Assembly: GCA_028356125.1 (NCBI GenBank)
Contig: JAOMTZ010000008.1
Coordinates: 587 to 64,586 of the forward strand
DNA length: 64,000 nt
Source of the DNA: Candidatus Poseidoniaceae archaeon
GTDB lineage: Archaea > Thermoplasmatota > Poseidoniia > Poseidoniales > Poseidoniaceae
Direction of reading: 5' to 3'
Each line of letters opens with the position of its first letter. The stretch's first letter is position 1. The notes beneath the pieces were generated by a model. That model made no database searches and was not told the DNA's origin. It saw nothing but the letters and a program-made list of their open reading frames with translations. Below, piece by piece: positions 1-7,794 of this stretch. Both the position numbers and the translations under genes were made by a program.

Positions 1-35
1 GCAGAGAGCCTAAATCTAGCTTGAGATTAGTCTCA

Positions 36-58
36 CCCTTCAAGTAGGAAGGGCTTTT
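36..58 (+). terminator. Short hairpin CCCTTC-N6-GAAGGG followed by CTTTT. It may terminate an upstream gene or form a 5' leader structure for aIF-1A.
   Basis: Read directly: 36-41 cccttc pairs with 48-53 gaaggg, then cttttgg. The stem is only 6 bp and the function is not established. Confidence 0.25.
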
Positions 59-67
59 GGATATGTT

Positions 68-586
68 ATGGGCCGTAGGCGCGAAGAGAGAGTAGACGAG
101 GAAGAACTAGCTCGTCTAATGGGGACTGCAGAGGGTCAATCCTCTAAGATCCGTGTCAAGATGCCTAACAAAAAGGTCAACGAGATGTTCGCAATCGCTG
201 AACAGATTCTTGGTGGACGTAGAGTAACAGTGCTTTGTGCAGACGGGGAAACTCGTATGGCAAGAATACCTGGTAAAATGCGTCGCAGACAGTGGGTCCG
301 CGATGGAGATTTGATTATCGTTTGGCCATGGGATTTCCAAGACTCTAAGGCTGATGTAAAGCACCGATATACCAAAACTCAAGCACTCTACCTTTCAAGA
401 AAGGGAGAACTTCCTCCGGAAGTTGACATCTTTGGAATGAACTCACAAGCAGATGACTTTGATGATGAAGATGGTCTGTTCTCTTCTTCAGAAGTTACTG
501 TAGAGGCACCAGAAGAGGCACCAGAAGAGGCTGTTGAGGAAACAGAGGAAGATGATGACGATGAGATCAACGATCTCTTCGGTTGA
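68..586 (+). CDS. eif1a: Translation initiation factor aIF-1A (S1/OB fold) with an unusually long acidic C-terminal tail
   Basis: Track ORF with ATG at 68. The core GKMRRRQWVRDGDLIIVWPWDFQDSKADVKHRY matches the eIF1A/aIF1A signature. Residues ~125-172 are an Asp/Glu-rich extension. Confidence 0.93.
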   Translation: MGRRREERVDEEELARLMGTAEGQSSKIRVKMPNKKVNEMFAIAEQILGGRRVTVLCADGETRMARIPGKMRRRQWVRDGDLIIVWPWDFQDSKADVKHRYTKTQALYLSRKGELPPEVDIFGMNSQADDFDDEDGLFSSSEVTVEAPEEAPEEAVEETEEDDDDEINDLFG

Positions 587-623
587 ATCTGATTAGGGCC
601 TTTGCCTATTTGGAGGTCTTTGG

Positions 624-1592
624 ATGGTTCGTCACACAGAGTGGGATGAGGAATTATCCAAGGATACTAAACAAAGACGTCACAATCGTAAGCGCCGTAA
701 AGTGAGTGCAGACCAAGCACACCTTGATTCTGAATCGAAAGAGTTCATCAAAAGTTTAGACGAGTCTCACGGCTCAGGATGGATGGCAGAAAAAAAGTAC
801 AAGCGCATGTTCACTGAAATCGAAGAAGGCCTTTCTGGAGTATTAGGAGAAGGCCCATTCGAATGGGTAGACCGAAGAGTATTCGATGCTGTCTTTGACC
901 GTTTAACTCTAATGAGTTTGTACAAATTGATGAAATTAGGAGCAATCGACACTCTTGATTTCCCTATTGCTAGAGGAAAAGAAGCTCACGTCTTCCATGG
1001 TACTGGAGAATTTGGCCCAGTCGCTGTTAAAATATTTCACACCTCAAATGCTGTCTTCAAGAATCTGATTCAATATATTGAGGGTGATCCAAGGTTTGGA
1101 GGTCTGAAAAGGCGCCATAGAGACCTTGTTGACATTTGGGTCAGAAAAGAATTCAGAAATCTTTCACGTCTCGACAAATGGGGATTAGCAGTTCCTAAGC
1201 CAATCGCTGTTCACAAAAACGTACTTGTCATGGATTATCTGGGGACGCCCACCAGTCCTTCTCCTCGACTAAGAGATGTCAAAGTACTGAATCCTCAGGT
1301 AGTTTATGATGAATTAATTGAATTCCTTGCTGTTACTTGGCAAAAAGCAAAAATGGTCCACGGAGATTTCTCTCCTTACAACATTATGTGGCATGATGAC
1401 AGACCAGTCGTAATCGACGTAGGTCAAGCGGTAGTCCAGTCTCACCCTAAAAGTCAAGAATTCTTGGTTAGAGATGTTACAAGGTTGGTTGAATGGGCAA
1501 ACAAGAATGGATTGGATGCCAACTTAGCAGAAGCCATGTATGATGTGCTGGAAATGGATTTATCGCACATCAATCCCCGTGAAGAAGAATGA
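624..1592 (+). CDS. rio1: RIO-type serine/threonine protein kinase, Rio1-type
   Basis: RIO motifs are present: ARGKEAHVF (STGKEA-like loop), VAVKIF, VMDYLG hinge, HGDFSPYNIMW catalytic loop, VIDVGQAV. There is no N-terminal wHTH, so it is not Rio2. GGAGGT lies 7 nt upstream of ATG 624. Confidence 0.93.
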   Translation: MVRHTEWDEELSKDTKQRRHNRKRRKVSADQAHLDSESKEFIKSLDESHGSGWMAEKKYKRMFTEIEEGLSGVLGEGPFEWVDRRVFDAVFDRLTLMSLYKLMKLGAIDTLDFPIARGKEAHVFHGTGEFGPVAVKIFHTSNAVFKNLIQYIEGDPRFGGLKRRHRDLVDIWVRKEFRNLSRLDKWGLAVPKPIAVHKNVLVMDYLGTPTSPSPRLRDVKVLNPQVVYDELIEFLAVTWQKAKMVHGDFSPYNIMWHDDRPVVIDVGQAVVQSHPKSQEFLVRDVTRLVEWANKNGLDANLAEAMYDVLEMDLSHINPREEE

Positions 1593-1640
1593 ACCCAAAT
1601 TGCATATGGGTTGAAGAAGGGCAGGCTGCACGCTTTGGAT

Positions 1641-2387
1641 ATGCGTCAGTCATTACCGCGTGTTCCGAAAGACCGTATTGCGGTCTTGATCGGTGCCAAG
1701 GGAGCAACTAGGCGAGAGCTAGAAAAGGCTGCAGGGTGTAAAAGCCTGCAGATAGATTCTGTAACAGGAGACATTGAAGTTGAGTGGGCAGATGCGGGTG
1801 GTTATGACCCAGTCAAGGCTCTCAAACTCCCTGATGTAGTCAAGGCTGTAGGAAGAGGGATGGCTCCCAACAGAGCAATACAATTGTTACAAGATGATTG
1901 GTTCTTCGAGATGGTTGATCTCAGAGACCACGTCGGAAAACGCTCTAATCAGCAACGAAGGATTCGAGCTAGAATTATTGGTTCAGAAGGAAAGATTAGG
2001 AAAATGATTGAGCAACATACTAACACTGAGATATCAATTTACAAGTCTACAGTCGTACTCGTTGGAGACGGTGCTGGGCTTTCTAGTGCAAGACAAGCAA
2101 TCGAGATGCTTGCAAGTGGTAGTGAACATGGTACCGTAATCAAGCATTTAGAGCGGGAAAGAAGAAGATCTCGCATAGATGCGCGTGCTATTGATTACAT
2201 CGAAGCAAAGGAAGATGTTTCTGAACCTGCTGAAGGGTTTGCAGATTTAGTTCCAGGTTTGTCAGATGTTGCAAGTCGAAGAGGACGCCGTTTGAAAGCT
2301 TCACAGGTTGACCCTGAAGACGAAGAAGCGGTAGGCAAAATGATGGAACTATCCGAAGATGAAGAAGTTAGTTGGGAGGAGGAGTGA
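1641..2387 (+). CDS. KH-domain RNA-binding protein, archaeal Dim2/Pno1-like
   Basis: Two KH-like modules (RIAVLIGAKGATRRELEK and ARIIGSEGKIRKMIEQ). ATG 1641 is preferred over the track's TTG 1611. It sits in the aIF1A-Rio1-KH neighbourhood that I recall as conserved in Euryarchaeota. Confidence 0.85.
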   Translation: MRQSLPRVPKDRIAVLIGAKGATRRELEKAAGCKSLQIDSVTGDIEVEWADAGGYDPVKALKLPDVVKAVGRGMAPNRAIQLLQDDWFFEMVDLRDHVGKRSNQQRRIRARIIGSEGKIRKMIEQHTNTEISIYKSTVVLVGDGAGLSSARQAIEMLASGSEHGTVIKHLERERRRSRIDARAIDYIEAKEDVSEPAEGFADLVPGLSDVASRRGRRLKASQVDPEDEEAVGKMMELSEDEEVSWEEE

Positions 2388-4182
2388 CACTCTTCCTCTG
2401 GTACCAAGCTATTGCGAATCCAGTAATCAGTAAGGCGATTATGCCTGGCGCAAACGATGTGACGACACCTATTCCTGTTACACTTGCCCCTGTTACCATC
2501 ATGTGATGGTTATTGTTTGACTCATCTCTTTCATCGACATTATTGTTAGGGTCAATTACTAATCTAAGATCCCACTGACCTGTATTTGGAACTACATAGT
2601 TCCAAGTAATCAATTCACAAAAACAGTCATCAGATAAATTTCCGCCTTCTACAACAACGGTTTGCATTGTAGTCCAATCAACATCTGCACTTCTATCCGC
2701 GGGAGCTGCCTGGAGATATACAGTTACAGCGCCACCGTGGTCCTTGTTTGCCTCTAGCATACTTGTAATGACAATGTCACCATTAGTATCTCCTGGTCTT
2801 ACTACCAAGCGATCAACATTAGTTTCAGTCGCATTCCAGTACAAATCTAGACCTGGTAAAATCTGAACTGCGTTAGGAATAGTGACTAATTCATTGCCTG
2901 CATTATCGGTAACAACTGCTCGTAGCATCAGATATTGCCTAGATTTTGTGGACCATGATGACAAACCAACAGTTCCATTCAACCCATCTACTCCCACGTC
3001 AATCCATCTTCCCGATTGGTCAGGGGTTGCACCGACTCCGTTCAAATCGAATCCATATTGTATTTTGGAGTTAGCCGAATCGATTCCAGAACCTAGGTCT
3101 TGTGCAGCGAATGAAACATTCACATAACCTGTAAGGCTGGTAGTTAGTTCTTCAACAGTCCAGCCAATACCTTCTGGTTCATCGACATCAACTTTGATAT
3201 CAACATCAATTTCATTTCCAATATTTCCTACCTTGTCGATTGCACGTATGGAAATTATGTGTTCACCTTCAACAAAACTCAGTGTAGTGCTAGATGTAGT
3301 GACATCTGTCCACACACCGTCTTGCTCGATTTGGATGTAATCAATGCCAGAGCCACTACCGTCATCTGCTGAAGTATCTAGGTCTGAGATTGTGATACTT
3401 GTGCTGTCACTCCATTCTCCACCGTCTCCAATAGTCGGTGGGGACATTACCGGTGCAGTTCTGTCAACTCCAATGAACATTGTTTTGCTAGTGGATAGAC
3501 CTGAACCGTCCCAAACAGTCAATCTTGGATTGTATGTTCCTTCAGCAATCGCACCTGTATTCCATGCCCAACCATAGGCTAGAGTTCCAGGTCCATCATC
3601 AGATGGACTTCCTGGTCCTGGTACATTGGCTAAACTTGCGTGAGTTAGATCGTCATCGCTAGCGGACCATGTGAATCCTAATGTTCCATCCGCTTCCAAT
3701 GCATACCATGCTCTATCGGTTGCAGATGCGCCACTTCCAACCCCTGAGTTTGATAATGCAAATGATGTGATGATAGGAACTTGGTTTACAATATTGAATT
3801 CCTCACTGTTGTACCATTCAGTGTGATTGCTCACTGATGAATCCCATGCTCGAACTCTGAATGTCCAAGTTCCGTTAGCATACGATGTAGTATCGACATG
3901 CTGCAACCATGGAGTAGTTGTCAGATTGGTGACTTGAGTCCAACTTGTTCCATCTGATGAAATTTCAATTTCAATACTCGAGAGTGTTCCAGTGCCGGAT
4001 GATGCGATACTCAAGGTGAATAAGCCCTTCAAATCTTGTCCTTGCGATGGGCCATTTGAGTACACTAATTCTAAGTCGCTATCGGCTGCTTTGACCTGCT
4101 TAGAATCGGTCAAGAATATCTCATTACTTTGCCCCATAGTCATAATGACTAGGACCAATAGGACTGAGATGAAGCGCCTCAT
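2368..4182 (-). CDS. Secreted, C-terminally membrane-anchored surface protein with Ig-like/CARDB-like modules
   Basis: Long ORF with a hydrophobic N-terminal signal from ATG 4182 (MRRFISVLLVLVIMTMG). It has beta-rich Ser/Thr/Asp-rich repeats, a CARDB-like DPNNNVDERDESNNN segment, and a C-terminal APGIIALLITGFAIAWYQRKS anchor. Its 3' end overlaps the KH gene by 20 nt. Confidence 0.75.
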   Translation of the reverse strand: MRRFISVLLVLVIMTMGQSNEIFLTDSKQVKAADSDLELVYSNGPSQGQDLKGLFTLSIASSGTGTLSSIEIEISSDGTSWTQVTNLTTTPWLQHVDTTSYANGTWTFRVRAWDSSVSNHTEWYNSEEFNIVNQVPIITSFALSNSGVGSGASATDRAWYALEADGTLGFTWSASDDDLTHASLANVPGPGSPSDDGPGTLAYGWAWNTGAIAEGTYNPRLTVWDGSGLSTSKTMFIGVDRTAPVMSPPTIGDGGEWSDSTSITISDLDTSADDGSGSGIDYIQIEQDGVWTDVTTSSTTLSFVEGEHIISIRAIDKVGNIGNEIDVDIKVDVDEPEGIGWTVEELTTSLTGYVNVSFAAQDLGSGIDSANSKIQYGFDLNGVGATPDQSGRWIDVGVDGLNGTVGLSSWSTKSRQYLMLRAVVTDNAGNELVTIPNAVQILPGLDLYWNATETNVDRLVVRPGDTNGDIVITSMLEANKDHGGAVTVYLQAAPADRSADVDWTTMQTVVVEGGNLSDDCFCELITWNYVVPNTGQWDLRLVIDPNNNVDERDESNNNHHMMVTGASVTGIGVVTSFAPGIIALLITGFAIAWYQRKSVTPPPN

Positions 4183-4226
4183 CAAACACCTGACAGCACC
4201 ACTCGCCCTTGAATGCTCGCATTGCA

Positions 4227-4245
4227 ACACCCCCCTACGGGGTGT
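4227..4245. promoter_or_regulatory. GC-rich 7-bp hairpin (ACACCCC-N5-GGGGTGT) in the divergent intergenic region between two surface-protein genes
   Basis: Read directly: 4227-4233 acacccc and 4239-4245 ggggtgt. The role is unknown. Confidence 0.2.
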
Positions 4246-4323
4246 GTTGTGTGTTGTTAATATGTAGCCGGAGTCATGGTTACAGTCGGTTGTTTCAAGT
4301 GCTACCCCCCGCCTCTTAGTTAC

Positions 4324-7074
4324 ATGGCAAGTCGCTCTGTGACCACCCTTATCCTCGCAATGATGGTTTTGGCAGTCATACCTATGCCGGCAAGTGCAGG
4401 TGATAGTGGAGGAGTTCAGGCTTCTGAATCGTCAGTTGGAATCAGTCCACAAAGCCCGGTCGAGGGCGGTTCAGTGATTATCACTCTAACCTTACAAAAT
4501 ACAAATAATTTCGAAGCAGAGGATGTACTGTACAAGCTGTACTGGGACGGTGTTGCTACTAATCAACTCATGACTGCTAACACAGTCGATATCCCTGCAG
4601 AATCAACAACTGACATTCAGTATGTACAGTCAGGACTTACAGTTGGGGAACACAAAGTTTGGATTATTTTTGAGTATGATGGCGCAGGAGAACAGATGTT
4701 CTACCGGGATATTATTGTCAGTGGGCTTGCAGATTTAGAGGCCAGTTTGATTCTTACTAGTCCTTCATCATTGAATTCAGGAGATAGCGTTCTAATTAGT
4801 ACTCAAATTAGCAATACAGGTTCCCAAGATGCAGAATCAAGCCGAATGATGATTGATTTGGGCAGCCAGAATCAAATCCTCAACGTTCCTTCTATTCTCG
4901 CTGGAGAAAGCACATGGGTCAATCATAGCATGTCTGCACCTTCGGCAGGAGAACACCTTGTTGAAGTCACAGTAGACCTTGATGATGCTGTTACCGAAGC
5001 CGACGAGAACAATATGTTTAACCAATCACTTACAGTTGATCCGAGGATGGACCTATACCATATTGATATGTTGATAGAGGTTGAATCTGGTGCATTAGAA
5101 GGACCTTGGACAATATCTGGTAACATTGCCCGGGAAGGTGGAAATGGTATCACTCAAGTCCCAATGAAACTTGAAATCAAAGATGACAATGGTTTGGATT
5201 TACCATTGCCAATTTTCAGTGTTAATATTACAGGCGGGGGATTCACGCAACAAGCTTGGAGTTTTGTTTTGGAGTATCAATTCATCTCAACACTACCATC
5301 TGGTAACCACCAAGTGACAGCATTAATCGATCCATACAACTCTGGTTCATTCATTCAAGAATCCACTGACAATGACCGTATAAGCGGATATTTCGACAAG
5401 TTCGAAGTCCCTGATGTTTCGGTAGACCCATACGCGATTCCGTCCCAGAACGTGGTTAACAGTGGCAAGAATATCATCTGGGAAGTCGCAGTCACTAATT
5501 CTGGTCAGATTCCGATTAGTGGGCATTTGGAGTATACTTGGGAAGGCAAGACAGAGGATTCAGAAAGTAAAACTATCCAGCCTGGAGACACTTGGATTTG
5601 GATAGAAACATTACCTCCTGAAAGTGGAGCGCATATTGCTAAACTTGAAGCAAAATGGATAGCAGATAGTTACTCATTCGATGCTAACCCATTCAATTCT
5701 AATGCTAGTGGGGAAGTAAATGTCACAGCACAACTTCGACTTACTTGGTCCAAAACCTCTTCTTCATTGGTAGATTCTGATGGAGAAAGTGCATCTACAC
5801 CATTAACTGATGGTGAGGAATATACTGTTGAAATCAAGTTGTCGGCTCAAGAAACAGGGTCCGTGAATTATTCTTGTGAAAACGAATTGGGAGAAGTTTT
5901 CAGCATAATAGGAGTCGAAGTTACGGATAACCCAATTGTTACAATCGAATGTACATTCACTGCAACTGCACCTTACACAAATATCAATTTGATTCCAAGT
6001 GACCCTGCTGTAAGTACCCCTATGATTTGGAATATGGACACCAAGGGTACAGGGCCTTCCGTCGCCGATGAAGCAGGAAGTATGTCATTCCAAACAGCAG
6101 GTATGATTGCAGCGATTTGTCTAGTTTTGATACTAGTCCTAATTGCAGCAGTGATACTAACTAGAGAGACCGAGGAAGAAGTTGAGAGGGATATCTTCGA
6201 TTACTGTCCAGCGTGTGACGGAGAATTAGATGGTACAGAGGACCGTTGTCCATCATGTTCCTTCAACCTAAAGAAAGCAAGGAAACAATTCCATGATTGC
6301 GGCACATGTAGTGAATCAATACCAGATCTGCTCTCTAACTGCCCATACTGTGGTACTCCTCAAGACATCTCGCTATACTTCGAGAAGCGCGAAAGGAGAG
6401 TTGTCGAAAAGGAAACAGTTGCTCTTATCGATGAAGAAGAAATCGACCCAGAAACTATTCATGCTGCAGGTTACGAAGGATTTGACGAAGCAGTCAAAGA
6501 ATTCGGTTACGATTCTGATGACCTTGAAGGACATTGGGATGATAATATTGCAAAGGCAGAAGCTGAAGTGGAAGCAGCATATGATCGCAGAGTTGCGGCT
6601 GAAGAAGAATTTGAAATGGATGATGAAGAGGCTTTGACTACAGTTACTACAACTCTCAAGTCCATAGATGAAACCTTTGAAGGACACAATATCGATGCTA
6701 TACTCGACAACAAGGATGTCAAAGCACACCTAGACGATGGTGAAGAGTTGAGTGCTAGCGATGCTGAAATTAGAAGTCGGTTGTTTGAGATAACCGGTGA
6801 AAAAGGTGTTCTTCCAGGAGACGAAGTACGTGTTGGAATGGGCGTTCAAGACCGTTCATTAGCAGGTAATGAACTGCCTGAAGATGCTATGGATTTCTCA
6901 TTAGAAGATGAGGATGACGAAGTTAATCCAGTTGCCGCCGCAACAGCTGCAAACAAGAGACGCCGTGGAGTAAGAAGGAAATCGAAGGCTAAGATAGTTG
7001 AATGTGGAGCATGTGGTGCAGATATACCTGAAGATGCAAAGGAATGCTCGACATGCGGTGCTAAATTCGAATGA
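4324..7074 (+). CDS. Type-I surface protein with an extracellular CARDB-like array, one TM helix, and a ~300-aa acidic cytoplasmic tail carrying three zinc ribbons
   Basis: Signal-like MASRSVTTLILAMMVLAVIPMPASAG from ATG 4324 (track start 4276). CARDB-like DLDDAVTEADENNMFNQSLTV. TM helix AGMIAAICLVLILVLIAAVIL. Zinc ribbons CPACDG-x10-CPSC, CGTC-x10-CPYCG and CGACG-x9-CSTCG. Confidence 0.8.
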   Translation: MASRSVTTLILAMMVLAVIPMPASAGDSGGVQASESSVGISPQSPVEGGSVIITLTLQNTNNFEAEDVLYKLYWDGVATNQLMTANTVDIPAESTTDIQYVQSGLTVGEHKVWIIFEYDGAGEQMFYRDIIVSGLADLEASLILTSPSSLNSGDSVLISTQISNTGSQDAESSRMMIDLGSQNQILNVPSILAGESTWVNHSMSAPSAGEHLVEVTVDLDDAVTEADENNMFNQSLTVDPRMDLYHIDMLIEVESGALEGPWTISGNIAREGGNGITQVPMKLEIKDDNGLDLPLPIFSVNITGGGFTQQAWSFVLEYQFISTLPSGNHQVTALIDPYNSGSFIQESTDNDRISGYFDKFEVPDVSVDPYAIPSQNVVNSGKNIIWEVAVTNSGQIPISGHLEYTWEGKTEDSESKTIQPGDTWIWIETLPPESGAHIAKLEAKWIADSYSFDANPFNSNASGEVNVTAQLRLTWSKTSSSLVDSDGESASTPLTDGEEYTVEIKLSAQETGSVNYSCENELGEVFSIIGVEVTDNPIVTIECTFTATAPYTNINLIPSDPAVSTPMIWNMDTKGTGPSVADEAGSMSFQTAGMIAAICLVLILVLIAAVILTRETEEEVERDIFDYCPACDGELDGTEDRCPSCSFNLKKARKQFHDCGTCSESIPDLLSNCPYCGTPQDISLYFEKRERRVVEKETVALIDEEEIDPETIHAAGYEGFDEAVKEFGYDSDDLEGHWDDNIAKAEAEVEAAYDRRVAAEEEFEMDDEEALTTVTTTLKSIDETFEGHNIDAILDNKDVKAHLDDGEELSASDAEIRSRLFEITGEKGVLPGDEVRVGMGVQDRSLAGNELPEDAMDFSLEDEDDEVNPVAAATAANKRRRGVRRKSKAKIVECGACGADIPEDAKECSTCGAKFE

Positions 7075-7224
7075 TATTGTGCCCGTCAGTACTCACAGGG
7101 TTCGTCATCGCGAAAGCTCGGCTGACCCTCTTGACTTCATTCAGGCAATTGGGTCGAAGTGACATTTATCCTTCAACCCATCGAGGCGAGTGGTTCATAC
7201 CTTAGTTCTCCACAGCAGCATCTA

Positions 7225-7794
7225 ATGAGGCCTCAAAGAGCGATGTCTGCATTCGTCATGTTAGCCATAATTATGGCTTCTAACATAGGATGCATTGGTC
7301 TCGTTCCTGCAAGAGAGTTCATGGAGGATTTACGAGATCCGCCAAAACTCGAAACGCTTACAGATAGCGTTCAACTAAATCATACCTTCATCACTACAGA
7401 CTCGGACTCAATATTCGAAGATGGAAATAAAGTCCAAGAGTTCGAAGTGGTTTCAGAAACCATCGAAATCAGAGTCTATATGGAAGCACAACTCCAAAGT
7501 GTGGGAATTGAAGAGTTTCTGGGAATTTTAACAGAAGCACGATTCGTAAGAGCAACTCTCTACGACGCCAATGGCGAACAAGTATGGACTGAAGAGGCTG
7601 TTGAGTCCGAGAGGAAAATGACAGCAACATTCCAGCAACCATTAGCTGAAGGGACTTGGAGTTTACAAGTAGAAGCCATAGGATATGGTGAAGAATTCGC
7701 AGGCCTTGTTAAGGATTCATACAAAGTTCAGGTCAAGATAGAAAGCCAATGCTGGGAATATCCTAACGAAGAAGACGTCTGCACTTACGACTAA
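7225..7794 (+). CDS. Hypothetical secreted or membrane-anchored protein
   Basis: Track ORF 7159-7794. ATG 7225 gives MRPQRAMSAFVMLAIIMASNIGC, a signal-like N-terminus. I recognised no family. Confidence 0.6.
   Translation: MRPQRAMSAFVMLAIIMASNIGCIGLVPAREFMEDLRDPPKLETLTDSVQLNHTFITTDSDSIFEDGNKVQEFEVVSETIEIRVYMEAQLQSVGIEEFLGILTEARFVRATLYDANGEQVWTEEAVESERKMTATFQQPLAEGTWSLQVEAIGYGEEFAGLVKDSYKVQVKIESQCWEYPNEEDVCTYD

Noticed and set aside
1581-1592. A shared EEE-COOH ending of Rio1, the KH protein (2376-2387) and NBD-1 (28288-28299) as a possible terminal signal
   Set aside because: The whole proteome here is strongly acidic, and many proteins have Glu/Asp-rich termini. This is most simply compositional.
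6293-6729. ORFs 6293-6637 (+), 6373-6729 (-) and 6507-6722 (-) within the cytoplasmic tail region of the zinc-ribbon surface protein
   Set aside because: These are alternative-frame readings of GA-rich acidic coding DNA. They are nested in the long ORF, whose zinc-ribbon motifs flank the region in frame.
7225-7300. A lipoprotein lipobox in MSAFVMLAIIMASNIGC
   Set aside because: The -3 position is Asn rather than Leu/Val/Ile, so it is not a canonical lipobox. I kept it only as a generic signal or anchor.
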